64,000 nt of DNA from Minutocellus sp. GHC0000111 (lineage: Eukaryota), in NCBI GenBank assembly GCA_977018835.1, contig OZ361260.1, positions 806,001-870,000 of the forward strand. The letters are read 5' to 3'. A program made the position numbers and the translations under genes. The notes below the pieces were generated by a model that saw only the letters and a list, made by a program, of their open reading frames with translations, ran no database searches and was not told the DNA's origin. This document shows, piece by piece, positions 8,582-20,400 of the stretch (its first letter is position 1; each line of letters begins with the position of its first letter).

Positions 8582-11044
8582 TTAGACAAAAGCAATCTCG
8601 TTCCAGTCTCTTGTCGAAAAGCGGTCAGGGTCGTTGTCAACTTCCATGTCTCTATTCTCCTCTTTCGGTTCGTCTTTGTTATTGTTGCTGTTTCTTTTCT
8701 TTCCACCTTTCCGTCCAAGTACCGTAAAAAGAATGCTGGCTGCAGAACTGCTCTCGTCGTCATTGTATGCATACTCTTGTGTAAAGAATGACTTCCTCGA
8801 GCTTGCAGTACAAGTACTACCTGGGCTACCAATGCTGCCGCACGGAGGAGGAAATGGTGGAATCAGGCTATCTTCGTCTTTGAGTTGCATGTGATCAGGG
8901 GTGATGAACGGGTCGTTGGTGCTGGTAGCCTCGGAAGAGTGCATTGAATCGGCGTCGTTATCATTGAAATCCCACTCGGATGGTTCGAATGTAGGCTGGT
9001 CGAATTCCACTTCCTTTCCGAGAGATGACACACGGTCCAAAGTCAGCGGGATCAGGGGTGGCAACTTTGATGGCAGTGCAGTGCCTACACCGTCATCGTC
9101 TGTTTTCGTTTCTTCCTCCTCATCTATGGGGTCAGCAACTGGCGCTGGGGTTGTGACCGACAGGCCTACTGGAGATGAAACAATCTTTGGCTCAATCATC
9201 TTCAGCTGTTTTGGAGATGTGGGTTCATCTACGACACTGGTCTGCATTTCCGCCTCTTCTTCGTTCTTGAAATGTTGAGGACTTTTCGATGGACTAGTAA
9301 ATGTAGAGTTTGGACTGGACGAGGAGGGTGAAATTTGAGAAGATGGTGAAAGGGGAGCTGTGTCGTTGTCATCATCGGTACTTCCATCTCCTTCAGGAAT
9401 GTTGAGAAGCAGGGGTCGGTTCGTTTTGGACTTTGTCCCGGTGTGTATTGCAATGTCGGCTCCACCGCCGACCAAATCAGCTACAATGTCATGGCATTCG
9501 TCGGGAGCTGTGTCTCTTGATGTGTCCAGCGTCTTATTCTCCTCATCGTTGTCGTATTCAAAGGCATCTGCACGCAAAGATCCATCATCGTATGCGTGAA
9601 GAGCATCGAGATTGCGAAGTTGCGTGGACTTGTCTCCATTGATATTGGTCCTTGAAGCAGATGGCCCAGCCCCAGCTTCACCACTAGTCGTCGCCGTATC
9701 ATATTCCTTTTGATTGCGGCGACGGCGGTGGACAAAGAATGCGGCCAACAAAAGGATTGCAAGAGTTGTTACTACTGCGACGGCCATCAGAGAAGTCTTA
9801 TTACCGCCAATCTCGTCAGGTGAGTTTCCTCCGTCCGTAGCTTTTGAGACGTTATCCTCGGGCGGGGGTGCTGGTGATGAGTCGATTTCGTTGTCTCCCA
9901 TATCCTCTGAATCCTCCTTTGTACCAATATCAATACCACCTTCCTTCAGCGTGGATTCCATCGTTGGCTGATCTGTACGCAGCGCCGTTGTTGGCTCTTT
10001 GGTTGGATCCGATGTTGGCTCCGACGTCGGTTCCAATGTATACCGAACAGGCGCTCGTGTAGGAGAGGGCGTTACTGGCATCTCCGTTGGATCAGAGATA
10101 GGTTCGGATGTAAAGACGACTGGGGCTCGGGTTGGTTTCGCCGTCGGTGATAACGACGTCGGTGGCGAGGAAGTGGGGCTTTCTGTTACAAGGCCACTCA
10201 CACCTGCCTTTAAAGTCTCCACCGCATAAAATGAGCCTCTTTTGATGTTGATGGGAAAGCCAAGCTCCTCGTTGAGCGCATCGACAAAGACTGACTCGTC
10301 CCTGTCACCAACATCTGCTTCGTCGTCTCCAGAAGGGAGTAGGCTCGAGGTGATCATAGAAAACAAACTCAGTTGATCTGGCAAGTCCGATGGCGAGTCC
10401 GCAGTAACGACGATGTACCCACCGATGGGGTGCTCGGATTTGATCATCACCTCTCGTTTCTCCACCGGTGGAGGTGCATTGGGGTCACAACACTCTTGGA
10501 TGTGTTCGTAGGACCGGCCCTCCAACCAGCACGTGTACTCACACGCCCTATGTTCCACCCAGTACGGATCCTCTCGACAACGCTTTCCGATGGCATCGTA
10601 TGCCTTGGGGCAGGTTATTCCTCGTCGAATCATGTTGACGGTTGGCTCGTCCGTGCACACTGTGCACTCGGCATCTCGTCTTTGTGCCTCCATGCCCTCA
10701 CCGCGCAGTTGTCGTTGTCGGCGCTTGAAGAGCTTGTTGTCGTCATGAAACGACCAGCTCCGTAAATCGAACGAAACATCATCCGCAATCACGCCATCGT
10801 TTGCCAGCTGGTTGCCGAGGTAGTTCTGCGCCGTCTCAGCGGCAATAGTGAGTATTGCTCGTGCCGACTTCTTATCGAAATCTGATGCCGGAACCGGAAA
10901 GAGAGTCAGGCGGAAAGCCGGGACGGCCACACTGTACTGCTCGGCAGCGGCAGAAGCCACCAAGGTCGACGAGACGATGCCAGATAGTAATAGGGTACTG
11001 CCGCAGCGCTGACGTCGACGTGGGGACGTCATGGTTGCTTGCAT
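8582..11044 (-). CDS. Type-I membrane glycoprotein: signal peptide, RQLR motif, Cys-rich module, PT-repeat stalk, TM helix, acidic/Ser-rich cytoplasmic tail
   Basis: LLLSGIVSSTLVASAAA leader; RRQRQLRG; CTVCTDEP..C..C..W....C...C...CC; PTxxP repeats; TM LMAVAVVTTLAILLLAAFFV followed by HRRRR. Start ATG 11044 or 11032. Confidence 0.75.
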   Translation of the reverse strand: MQATMTSPRRRQRCGSTLLLSGIVSSTLVASAAAEQYSVAVPAFRLTLFPVPASDFDKKSARAILTIAAETAQNYLGNQLANDGVIADDVSFDLRSWSFHDDNKLFKRRQRQLRGEGMEAQRRDAECTVCTDEPTVNMIRRGITCPKAYDAIGKRCREDPYWVEHRACEYTCWLEGRSYEHIQECCDPNAPPPVEKREVMIKSEHPIGGYIVVTADSPSDLPDQLSLFSMITSSLLPSGDDEADVGDRDESVFVDALNEELGFPINIKRGSFYAVETLKAGVSGLVTESPTSSPPTSLSPTAKPTRAPVVFTSEPISDPTEMPVTPSPTRAPVRYTLEPTSEPTSDPTKEPTTALRTDQPTMESTLKEGGIDIGTKEDSEDMGDNEIDSSPAPPPEDNVSKATDGGNSPDEIGGNKTSLMAVAVVTTLAILLLAAFFVHRRRRNQKEYDTATTSGEAGAGPSASRTNINGDKSTQLRNLDALHAYDDGSLRADAFEYDNDEENKTLDTSRDTAPDECHDIVADLVGGGADIAIHTGTKSKTNRPLLLNIPEGDGSTDDDNDTAPLSPSSQISPSSSSPNSTFTSPSKSPQHFKNEEEAEMQTSVVDEPTSPKQLKMIEPKIVSSPVGLSVTTPAPVADPIDEEEETKTDDDGVGTALPSKLPPLIPLTLDRVSSLGKEVEFDQPTFEPSEWDFNDNDADSMHSSEATSTNDPFITPDHMQLKDEDSLIPPFPPPCGSIGSPGSTCTASSRKSFFTQEYAYNDDESSSAASILFTVLGRKGGKKRNSNNNKDEPKEENRDMEVDNDPDRFSTRDWNEIAFV

Positions 11045-11327
11045 ATTGGCTTTGGATGGAGAATGAGGCGTTTGTGACAGCGCACCGGCCCGGCAGGCTT
11101 TGCTTTGCTGTTGGTGCCGGGACTGAACTCGTTCTCCTATCCGTACTGAGGGGTTTTTTATTTGCCATATTGAGTCGAATGAATCAGTCGAATGATTTGC
11201 CGAAACGGTGGTGGTGGTTGGTGGCTGCTGCTTGTGGCATGTCAATTTTACATACTTTACGTACCGGTAGCTAGACTCTACTCTTGCTTGTGGCATGTAA
11301 TTACGTAGCTAGTAGTGCCTTACATTC

Positions 11328-12130
11328 CTACAGAGTTACAGCCTCGTTTACATCCGACAACACCAAAGCTCCCTGCCTCAGAGAACCCGAGATCAATTTC
11401 AGCTCGGCCCTCAGGGCTTGTGCGGCGGGGTGGCTCATGTCTCTTGGAACTCCTATTCTTTTCCGAAGATAATCGACACAATCAGCGACAGCCTGAGTAG
11501 TTTCTGCTCCAAACTCACCAGATGAGAGAGAACTGATCGATGCATCGACGGCACCGCCGTTTCTAGACGTCGAACCTGGAAGCAGTGTTCCAAACATTCC
11601 ACCCCCTCCAGATGATAAAAGTGCATCCACCGTATGCCTCAACATAAGGTCAACTGCAGGCTCGGCATCTTCGTTTGGATTGTCCCTAGGACCAGCGAGA
11701 GGTGCTGCCGATGCCGGCAGACCGGGAGTTCCGGCAGCACGAGAGGCGAATCTGACAATATTTTCGTGGTTGGAGATGATTCGCTCGGCAGCTTCTCGTC
11801 GAGCAGCAGCCATGTCCCCCGAGCACCAATCCCAGCCAGGTTCGATCCAAATATCATCCCCCGATGTCGATTCTACAGCATCCGAAGGTCCCTCAGGTAA
11901 GTCATCAATCAATGCTTGCATCTCTTTTACCTCCTGGCCTTTGCCGGGTACGGAATCGGCCGACAGTTGGGGAGGAAGAGCACGGCTGTGCGTATACCAG
12001 TCGCTCTTTGTTGCTTGATATGACGGTCTGGACTCCATCGCTTCGAGCCAACGCATAAGATTTGGCCGTCGTTGTTTATCAGCACGGTAGTCAACACCCT
12101 TGAAATAGGCCAATGATGCCATCTGACGTT
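11328..12130 (-). pseudogene. Glutathione S-transferase family protein (cyanobacterial/algal type), C-terminal part only
   Basis: RQMASLAYFKG..YR....PNLMRWLEAMESRPSYQATKSDWYTHSRALPPQL and YLRKRIGVPRDMSHPAAQALRAEL match the C-terminal portion of this GST group. No N-terminal thioredoxin-like domain; the sequence abuts the HA gene out of frame. Confidence 0.7.
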
Positions 12131-13197
12131 TGCTGCGTGGGCACCTTCAGATGTCCGTGCGTTGCCTTGAACTGGCGGAGCTGCTCCAGCCGCTCCTCCC
12201 AGCTGAGGAACTTCTCTCTGCGCTCAAAGACGAAGCCTATGTCGTTGAGCTTGACCACATGGTCGGCCGTCAGCTTGGAACTGTTCCCCTTGCCCTCCTT
12301 GAACTTGCGATATTCCTTCTGCTGCTGATAGATCCACGTCGCGAGTTTGCTGTACTCGGATTTTTCGGTGGGGACCAGACAGTCTCCATGGGCCTCCTTG
12401 TACGCGCACAGCTGGGCGTACATTTCATTCCACCGCGCCACGTACTGGAGGCGGCGGTTGGAGTTGCGTATGTCGACGCCGAGGGCCTCGAACCGATCGA
12501 TCTTGGATTGGAGGTGGGGCGACAGCGATTCGCCCTGCTCCTCGGCCTTGGTGAGACTTTGGTTGAGCTGGGATCTCTGATTCACCAGCCACTTGCGCAG
12601 GTCGTCGTTGGCCTTGTCGGATGCGGCGATCTTGGTCGAACCGCCGTGGGTGGCGTGGTAATGCACGAGGCGATCGTACAGCAGATTCCACTTCTCGGTC
12701 GGTTCGCGTGCCATTCGTCCGGCGACCGCCGCCTTCTTCTTCTTTTTGCTCCTCTTGGACTTCGTGGAGCGTTTTGATGACAACTTCTTGAGGACCTCGT
12801 TGTCATCTTCGTCGTCTTCTTCGTAATCTTGGTCGTCCTGGTCACCACCGGCATTGGCACGCTTGCGCTTGTCTCCAGCGGCCGCTGCGGCAGCGGCAGC
12901 TGGGGCCTGTGCTGGCGGAGCTCCGTCGGCGATAAGATACGCGGCTGCCTCCTCCATGGATCCAAACTCCTGATATTCGGCGCCGGCGGCGTTGGGTCCG
13001 GTCACGTGAGCTTTCGCATCGGACCAATGGAGGAAGATGGCATTCTGGATACCACTTCCTCCATCATCACCACCTCCGCGGCGGACGGCAATGTACCGAA
13101 GAGAACCATCGTCGTCCGTTGGTAGGGAAGGAGCGACTGGGTCCTCGTCTTCGCCTGCGATGCCGACGACGGGTCCGGGAAGCGGCGGTGGTTCCAT
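12091..13197 (-). CDS. RNase H1 N-terminal (HBD/Cauli_VI-like) domain + helicase-associated (HA) repeats; truncated in the third HA repeat
   Basis: YIAVRRG..IFLHWSDAKAHVTG..AEYQEFGSMEEAAAYL; basic NLS-like stretch; HA repeats KWNLLYDRLVHYHATHG..LRKWLVNQR, WNEMYAQLCAYKEAHGDCLVP..LATWIYQQQ..KLNDIGFVF, WEERLEQLRQFKATHGHLKVP. Confidence 0.8.
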   Translation of the reverse strand: MEPPPLPGPVVGIAGEDEDPVAPSLPTDDDGSLRYIAVRRGGGDDGGSGIQNAIFLHWSDAKAHVTGPNAAGAEYQEFGSMEEAAAYLIADGAPPAQAPAAAAAAAAGDKRKRANAGGDQDDQDYEEDDEDDNEVLKKLSSKRSTKSKRSKKKKKAAVAGRMAREPTEKWNLLYDRLVHYHATHGGSTKIAASDKANDDLRKWLVNQRSQLNQSLTKAEEQGESLSPHLQSKIDRFEALGVDIRNSNRRLQYVARWNEMYAQLCAYKEAHGDCLVPTEKSEYSKLATWIYQQQKEYRKFKEGKGNSSKLTADHVVKLNDIGFVFERREKFLSWEERLEQLRQFKATHGHLKVPTQQTSDGIIGLFQGC

Positions 13198-13499
13198 CGT
13201 TGCTGCTGCTGCTGCTGCTCCAAGTGTGGTAGGTATCCGTGGGTATCTTGATTTGTTTGAATTTGATGCACCGATAACAGGTATTTCACTTCAGTCCCAA
13301 CACATCATGTGTTCGTTTTTCTGACGGTTCAGTCAAGTGGCAAGCCCAAGGGCTGATGAAAAAGGAGAAAAATCCCGAGTAATGGTATTGGTAGAAACTA
13401 CCGAATAATGGGCGAAACCACGCACGAAAATCGAAACTGCAAAACCATGACGAACCGCCAGTCCATCCATCACCCATCGGCATTTGTTGCGTGATCAGC

Positions 13500-15572
13500 A
13501 TGACCCCCGAACGCCGGCGCCGGCGCATCCATAGTGATCCGGGTGGTGTTTCTGCAGCGGCACGCACATTTCCTGTCGCAACATGTGCCGTTTTCCTCCT
13601 TTCCACCGCAGGCAACGGCATGTGCCAATGTAGCGCCTTCCATCCACCGATGCCGATAATACATGTACAACATGTAGTTCGTCGTCGTGGCCCTATCAAT
13701 CAAAATGGCGGGTTTGCTTCACCAACGATGTCTTCAAGCATGAGCCGATTGCATGCATCTACAATGAAATCTCAGGCCACCGATACCACTGCTCCTCGAG
13801 ATGACCTGCAGCAAGTGGTAGTGATGGGCGACACTGACAATGCTGGCATTGCTGGCGAAAGTGCAGACGATTTGGCATCGTTGTCATCATCGAAGGATGC
13901 AAGCGGCGATATTAAAGGCGCGAATGGCGATCTTACTTCCTTGCTCGAATCTTCGTCGCCTGAAGTTGAATTGCTCGGCGACACATCATCTGCAATGTCG
14001 TCGTCGTCGTCATCATCCATTTCATCCACCTCGTATCCACCGGTCCCATCCCTTCGAGAATGTCTCTCCTTTATGCTTCCAGCCCTGGGCATCTACGCCG
14101 CCCCACCCCTCATGTCCCTGATTGACGCCGCATTTGTCGGTCGAACGTCCTCGGTGGAGTTGGCGGCGTTGGGACCAGCCTCGTCCATCAGCGACAGTGC
14201 CTCCCTGCCTCTGCTGTTCCTTTCGATTGCCGCGACGAATTTGATTGCCAAGTCCACGTCCAAGGGCAACGTCGACGAAAGCCGGCGAGTGACGCGTGCG
14301 TGCTTGGGATTGGGAACTGTCGGTGGCACTATGATTGCCCTCGCTGTGTTCGTCAAGCGACTTTGGTTGTCGTCCGTGTATTGTGGTGAACCTCTTGCTG
14401 CGGCGGCTGCTGCTGGAACTGCGTCGCTTACACCCTACTTTTCCAGCTATACTGCCATACGAACCCTGGGCCTGCCGGCTGTCGTTGTGGCCTCCATTGC
14501 TCAGGCTGTGTGCATCGGTGTCAAAGATACTAGAACCCCAATGGTTGCTGTCCTTTTGGCTGCGGCTCTCAATTTGGTGGGAGATTTCGTCGCGGTTTCT
14601 GGACTTGGTTTGGGCATTGCCGGTGCTGCGTGGGCGACAACAATATCTCAGATATGTGCTGCAGGTCTACTGCTTAGAGTGCTGGCGAAGCGGGGACTGT
14701 TGCGTGGACGCGGCGATAGCCAGGAATCGTACGCTCCGGTCCGAAGCAATGTGGCTGAAACTGCAGAAGATGGTGAAGCAACTGTGTTCTGTGAAAGCAG
14801 CACCTGGGAGACCATATCGAGTATTTTGTCCTTCATCCCCTTCCTATTCGTAATGGCAGTCAAGATCGGCATGCACAATACTGCCGCAGCGACGGCGGCA
14901 TCGCTTGGCGGGGCTCCAGCAGCGGCGCATACGGCTCTGTTTGCAGTGGGAATGTTATGCTTCACCTTTGGGGATACCGGTAGCAGTCTTTCGCAGGCAT
15001 TTTTGCCGAAATTTGCATCGAACGATTGCGAAATTGATCCAAATAATCCCGGCAGTCCTAGGGGCAGAAGGAAGTCACCCGTATCGTTTGATGTAGAAGC
15101 TGCAAAGCCCACCATCGCACGACTTATCAAGTGCACATTTGGTGTCTCGGCGACGGTCATTGCCATCTCGTCAGCGATGTTGACCATCTTTGCTTCTCAA
15201 ATTACCAATGATCCGGCCGTCATACATCAGATGCGCAGGGCATTGCCCTTCATGGTCGGCACACTCTCCCTTCATGGCACGGCTGTGACTCTAGAGGGTC
15301 TGCTCCTTGCCCAGCAAAACTTTCGTGGCCTTACGGCAACTTACTCGGCCGTTGCCCTTACCATCGCTGCTGCAATGGGATACGTTCGAACCTCCGGCGT
15401 TGGCCTGCTCGGTGTTTGGGCTACATATGTGTGGTTTCAGGCGTCGCGAGTTGTTGCCTTCTCGGCGTTCGGCGGGTTACTTCCGAAGCTCGGGCTTGGG
15501 GGACTTTGGAAGCGATTGCGGGGGCGAACCTGTTCTTCTGACGACGAACAGATGCTGGCAGATGGTGCGTGA
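13500..15572 (+). CDS. MATE (multidrug and toxic compound extrusion) family transporter, probably plastid-targeted
   Basis: PALGIYAAPPLMSLIDAAFVG...ELAALGPA, IGVKDTRTP, NLVGD...GIAGAAWAT; about 12 hydrophobic segments; leader ending QCSAFHPP (ASAFAP-like). Confidence 0.88.
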   Translation: MTPERRRRRIHSDPGGVSAAARTFPVATCAVFLLSTAGNGMCQCSAFHPPMPIIHVQHVVRRRGPINQNGGFASPTMSSSMSRLHASTMKSQATDTTAPRDDLQQVVVMGDTDNAGIAGESADDLASLSSSKDASGDIKGANGDLTSLLESSSPEVELLGDTSSAMSSSSSSSISSTSYPPVPSLRECLSFMLPALGIYAAPPLMSLIDAAFVGRTSSVELAALGPASSISDSASLPLLFLSIAATNLIAKSTSKGNVDESRRVTRACLGLGTVGGTMIALAVFVKRLWLSSVYCGEPLAAAAAAGTASLTPYFSSYTAIRTLGLPAVVVASIAQAVCIGVKDTRTPMVAVLLAAALNLVGDFVAVSGLGLGIAGAAWATTISQICAAGLLLRVLAKRGLLRGRGDSQESYAPVRSNVAETAEDGEATVFCESSTWETISSILSFIPFLFVMAVKIGMHNTAAATAASLGGAPAAAHTALFAVGMLCFTFGDTGSSLSQAFLPKFASNDCEIDPNNPGSPRGRRKSPVSFDVEAAKPTIARLIKCTFGVSATVIAISSAMLTIFASQITNDPAVIHQMRRALPFMVGTLSLHGTAVTLEGLLLAQQNFRGLTATYSAVALTIAAAMGYVRTSGVGLLGVWATYVWFQASRVVAFSAFGGLLPKLGLGGLWKRLRGRTCSSDDEQMLADGA

Positions 15573-15861
15573 AGGTAGAATACCTATGCTACTCTAGATC
15601 TCGATAGATACATGACAGATATGGTCTCTATTTGGTATTAACTTTGTTCGAGCGAAATTTATTTACAGCTCAAATCTTATACGAATGACTTATTATCAAA
15701 CGAGGCTTTATCTCGGGCCGTTCCCCTGTTTGGCCCAGAAATCTTCTCATATAATACACGTATGTTCAGTGGTTGTACCGATTCGATCCCAAGTAAGTTA
15801 GAATGGGTCGCTGCACGGCAGTTGGATGGCCTTGTTATCGAGGACATCTCTCCAAATATAT

Positions 15862-15906
15862 ATGTTCAAAAATGTGTTCAAAATGTGTTCAAAAATGTGT
15901 TCAAAA
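15862..15906. repeat. Minisatellite (tgtgttcaaaa[a]) x~4
   Basis: tatgttcaaaaatgtgttcaaaatgtgttcaaaaatgtgttcaaaa. Confidence 0.85.
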
Positions 15907-16032
15907 TCTTTTGCGGCTTGGTCTTGTCGCAATCAAAACTGGCATTATTGCCTTGGCTTGGTGTGGATGATGGGGAAAGTGGTGTGATTCGTATTTATTT
16001 GACGCGCAGTGCATATTCATAACCGTTGCTCA

Positions 16033-16662
16033 TCATTGAAGGCGATGGCCACCGGTGTTGCCTGCGCCGCTGTGCCTACCGACGGTGCCAGTCGTACGTG
16101 CAGGAGGACTACCAGTACGACGCTGGATCGAGGCGCGATGACGGTCGTGGTTGTCCTCGGCGCTGGCGCTGGATGCCCTCTCCAACACGTGGAGAAGGTG
16201 GCTGCGACTGGGGTGGTATTGCTGTTGGACGTTGGCAGGTAGCGGCATCGGCGCGGAGATGGCGCATGCGCTTTCCAGGATGGAGAGGAGGCGAGTACGA
16301 CGGCAGTCCCCTTCTTCCGCACGGCAGCGGGAAGTTGTCGTCGGCGAAGTAGTAGAAGACGACGACTGATGATTGCGGTTAAAGACATCATCGTCTGCGC
16401 ACAAAGAGATGATTTGATTTTAAATGGTGGCATCCGTAAAGCATGGTTTGGATTGGGGTGAGAAGATTCATTCATTCGGTTTGTTGCCGGTTGGTAGATG
16501 CATGAGATTGCATCACACTCATAACACAAAACTTGGCACAGGGCAAGCACAAATAAAAATACGAAACTCACCGCCCAGGCTGCTGCTGCTGCTGCTGCTG
16601 CTGCTTAGTAGGGACCTGAGCGACGGGGGGTCCGTCCCTTGGAATCTGTTGTCGTTGATCAT
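16033..16662 (-). CDS. Small low-complexity hypothetical protein (~150 aa), complement(join(16033..16394,16572..16662))
   Basis: G|gtgagt donor and tgcgcag| acceptor join in frame: MINDNRFQGTDPPSLRSLL(S)nLG|DDDVFNRN... with two amphipathic LLSILESA / LLHVLERA motifs. Confidence 0.55.
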
Positions 16663-17405
16663 TATCCTTTTACGATTTCCTGGTTCAAGGCCGAGATTTT
16701 ATGAGTGAATCAAGTGGTAATCCAGCGGAAACCAACGTAAGCTACTACGTGTACTAGTATGACCGGTGTGTTCAGGGAGGGCAAGCAAATCAGGTGAACA
16801 TAAAGACATGAAACATGACACGAAGTGTGGATTGAGGATCTATCGGGGATCAAACGAGTGGCCGAAAGTGGAGCTCAGGCGTGTCGTCGCAGCCATTTCC
16901 GGGTGTTTCTCAGTCTTTCTGAACTGCGTCAGCCATGTTGCAATTTCCGATGCGTCATCAAAAGGCGCGGCCGGCGCGCGGCTCTCACCAAGCACCTCTC
17001 ATTTTGAAAGACGTGCTGCGAAGCGTGTGCTGACTGTGCGTGGAAAGATACCGCCGGTACCGGTACCTACCTGCGCCCGCATCCCTCTTGCATCCGCAGC
17101 GGTCGTCGATACGGATCCCGCTCCACGCGCCCGTCTTTGTTTTGTCGCGACCGACCGAATAATCGGTGGTCGGCAACCGCGCTCATGTTTTGTCGGTCGA
17201 AAAAATTGGGCTAGTTGGTGCCTTGAATTTCAAAAAAAAAACTCTGCGAAGTCTGCACGCTCGATCGAAGGACCTTCCGGCCTTTGTGTCCACCGCTTGG
17301 AGGAAATAAGTCGTTGGCATCGAATATTCGGCCGTAGGCACGCGGGTATCCAGTAACTTCACCAGCGAGCGCAGCCGGCAACAACACAACAGCAGCAGCG
17401 CAGCC

Positions 17406-20400
17406 ATGCCCCGCGGAGGACGGTCGTCCCGCTCCCCCACCGCGTCCGGCTCGGGCTCGGGCGGCGGCGGTTCCATGCTCACCCGCAAGCCCGCGACGCA
17501 TCCCGACGAGAACACCCCGCAGCACAAGGCCAACCTGGTCCGGAACCTCGGCCGCAACGACGCCGAGATCGCCGCCATCGTCCGGTGCAACCGGTCCCTG
17601 CGGACGTTGCGCGACGAGATCCGGCAGCGGCACGGCGAGGAAACCCTCCTCGACGTCGGGGAGGGGACCATCCGCCTCAAGACGGGGGAGCTGGGCGGCA
17701 CGGCCTGCCCGACGGTCGTCCGGATGGTTCCTGGGGTCATTGTCGATGCCGATGGATATCGCAAGCTCATCGAGGACAGGATGGCCGAGGTGATGAAGGA
17801 GAGGGCTCTCCGACAGGCGGATGGCAATGCTGGTAGTGACGATGCTGATGATGCCAACGCCGACGACGAGGCCAATGCCGCCAAGCAGTCGGATGCAGCA
17901 GATGGTGATGGTGCCACCGTCATCAACACCATCCCCCCCGACGAGGTGCCGCTGGACGACCCCGACCACGAGTCCGACCCCACCAACCCCCGAACCCGGA
18001 CCAACCTCATCCGCGCCTTCCTCCTCCGCCTCCACCTCCGCCGTCGCCTGCTCAACCTTCTCTTCCGCCGGATGAACCGCCTGGCCCGGGCCATGGACGG
18101 CGAATCGGCCATCAGCTCCGGCCTCAACGGACCGACGCCGCCGCGGTACGGGGACTTTCGATTCCTCCTCGACGAGACGCAGGACGAGTTCCGGCAGTTC
18201 GAGGCGCAGTTCCAAAAGAAGGTCGAGGCCAGGCGGAACGTCGAGGAGCGCCGGGCCCTCCGGCGCAACAAGGAGCTTGGTCTGGTCAAGGGCGATGACG
18301 ACGATGATGATGGCAGCGCTGAGGATGAAGTCATGGCCGATGCCGATACCGCCGAGGCCAAGCCCGAGGAAGTGGACGGACCCACCTCGTCGTCATCGTC
18401 TCCCTCGGATGCTACCATTGCCAAGTTGATCCTGCCGCAGGAAGATATCGACGATCTCAACGTCCTCATGGAGACCGACGTCGGGCGGGACAAGATGGTC
18501 ACGTACCAGGATCTGACCAAGCCCCTCCAGGCCCTGGGCGGGGGCGGTTCAGGGTCTCCCAACAAGAGCAAGACTCCCGCCGCCGCCAAGAAGAGTACCC
18601 CGTCGTCCAAGATGGATGCCGCCGTCGAGAAGGAGACGGCCGCCAACACCGAAGCCGTCGCCGCCGACATTGACGCCGAGGCTACGGCCGAAGATGCCGA
18701 TAGGGCTGGCCAAGCCGAGGCTGGAACCAAGACCGAGGGTCCACCGTCCGCCATCGAGGTCAAGGCCGAGGCTACCGAGGAGAACAACGGTGTTGCCAAC
18801 GACGGTACGTCCGATACACCCGCCGTCAAGGCCGACGACAAGAAGGCAGATGATGAAGAAGAAGAGTTGCCGCCCCTCCCCGAGCTCGTCCCCGGCAAGA
18901 TCCGCAAGATCGTCACCCTTCCCCTCGCCTCGTCCGACCCAGGCCCGGAGGAGAGGGACTTCGCCTCCGCCAAGTTCACCGCCGCGGGCGGCGGTGGCAT
19001 TGGCGCCTTCAACCGGTCCATGAACAGCCGCGAGAGGGAGGTCGAGTTCAACCGTTGGAAGACCGACGTCCTGGCCAAGGTCCCCGAGCAGCCCACCTTC
19101 GCCGAGCTTGGTCTGGAGAACCGCGTCTTTGGCCTCGAGGCTCGTAGGAAGAAGGCAGCAGAGGCGGCTGCTGCCGCCGCCGCCGCCAATGGTGGTGACA
19201 AGATGGAGGACGACGACGACGACAAGGCTGCTGACGATGATGATGCCATGGACGTTGACGACGAAGGCAAATCAAGGAAGAGATCCGCCGACGATGCCGA
19301 TGAAGGAAATGAGGAGGAGGAGGAGAATGAAGGTGACGACAACGGCGCCGATAAGTCCAAGGAGGAGGCTGGCAAGGAGAAGATCAAGAGGCCCGATATC
19401 TTCAAGAAGAAGAAGCTCATCTCTCTGGCAGCCGCCCCCTCGTTCCACATGCAGGATCAGCACCGGGTCCGGGAGGTCCACAAGGAACTGCTCGTGCGAT
19501 CCAGGTATGAAAAGACTCAGAAAATGGTGGACGAGGCCAATGCAGCGTACAACAAGGCCTACGCCGTTTCCACTGAGGTTCACAACCGAAAGAATCAACA
19601 GACCAATGAGCTCAATATGCAGTCTGCTCGTGTTCGGATGGTAGAGAACAGTGCTAATGCCACACACCAAGCTACTACCAACGCGCAGCGTGCACTTTGG
19701 CAAAAGGCCTATGAGCAGTGGTGCAGCCGAAGAATGAAGGCCGGCCTTGCTGTCCCTCCCATGCCTATCGAACAGCAGGCCCCTGCTACTGCTGCTGCTT
19801 CCCAGAATGGAAATACTGCGGCTACTCCCACCAGCGGCGCCGATACTAGGCCTAGTGCTGTCAATGGCACTCCTCTCACTGCCGCCAAATCCTCGGACTC
19901 GGCCGCCACAGAGGAGGAGCGAGAGGCTGCATCGGCTTTGGGCGCCGTGGTTGATAAGGTTGCCAAGGAAGAGGGTGGAGAAAAGAAGGAACCTGTCTAC
20001 AACGATCCTTCTGTTCTGGAGAATGTACCCGCCGAGGCCGAAAACTTCCCTGCATTCACAGTTCCGCCCATGAATGCCGATCTAGCAGCCGCTCTTGCAA
20101 AGGAGAGGCAAAAGGAGGCAGCCCTTCGCAAGCAGGTGACCGAAGATACGGTCAAGCTAAACGCTGCCGAGGAGGAGAGGAAGAAGGCTTGGAGGCAGAT
20201 GCTCAAGCTGAAGGGGGAACTGCAGACGGCGCAGGCCGGTGGTTCTGCCGGAAGCGGGTCCAGAAGCCAAAGGCGCAGGCCACCGGCGTCCCGCCGCGCT
20301 CCCGCACCGGCCCCTGCAGCCGCGACATACCGAGCTCCGGCACCCGCAGCCCGGGCTCCTGCCGCCGCCGCCACCACCGCCTACGCTGGCCATTCGGCTG

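Noticed and set aside
17183..19450. 755-aa minus-strand ORF
   Set aside because: Antisense shadow of the GC3-rich 1200-aa plus-strand gene; Ser-rich mirror composition, no motifs.
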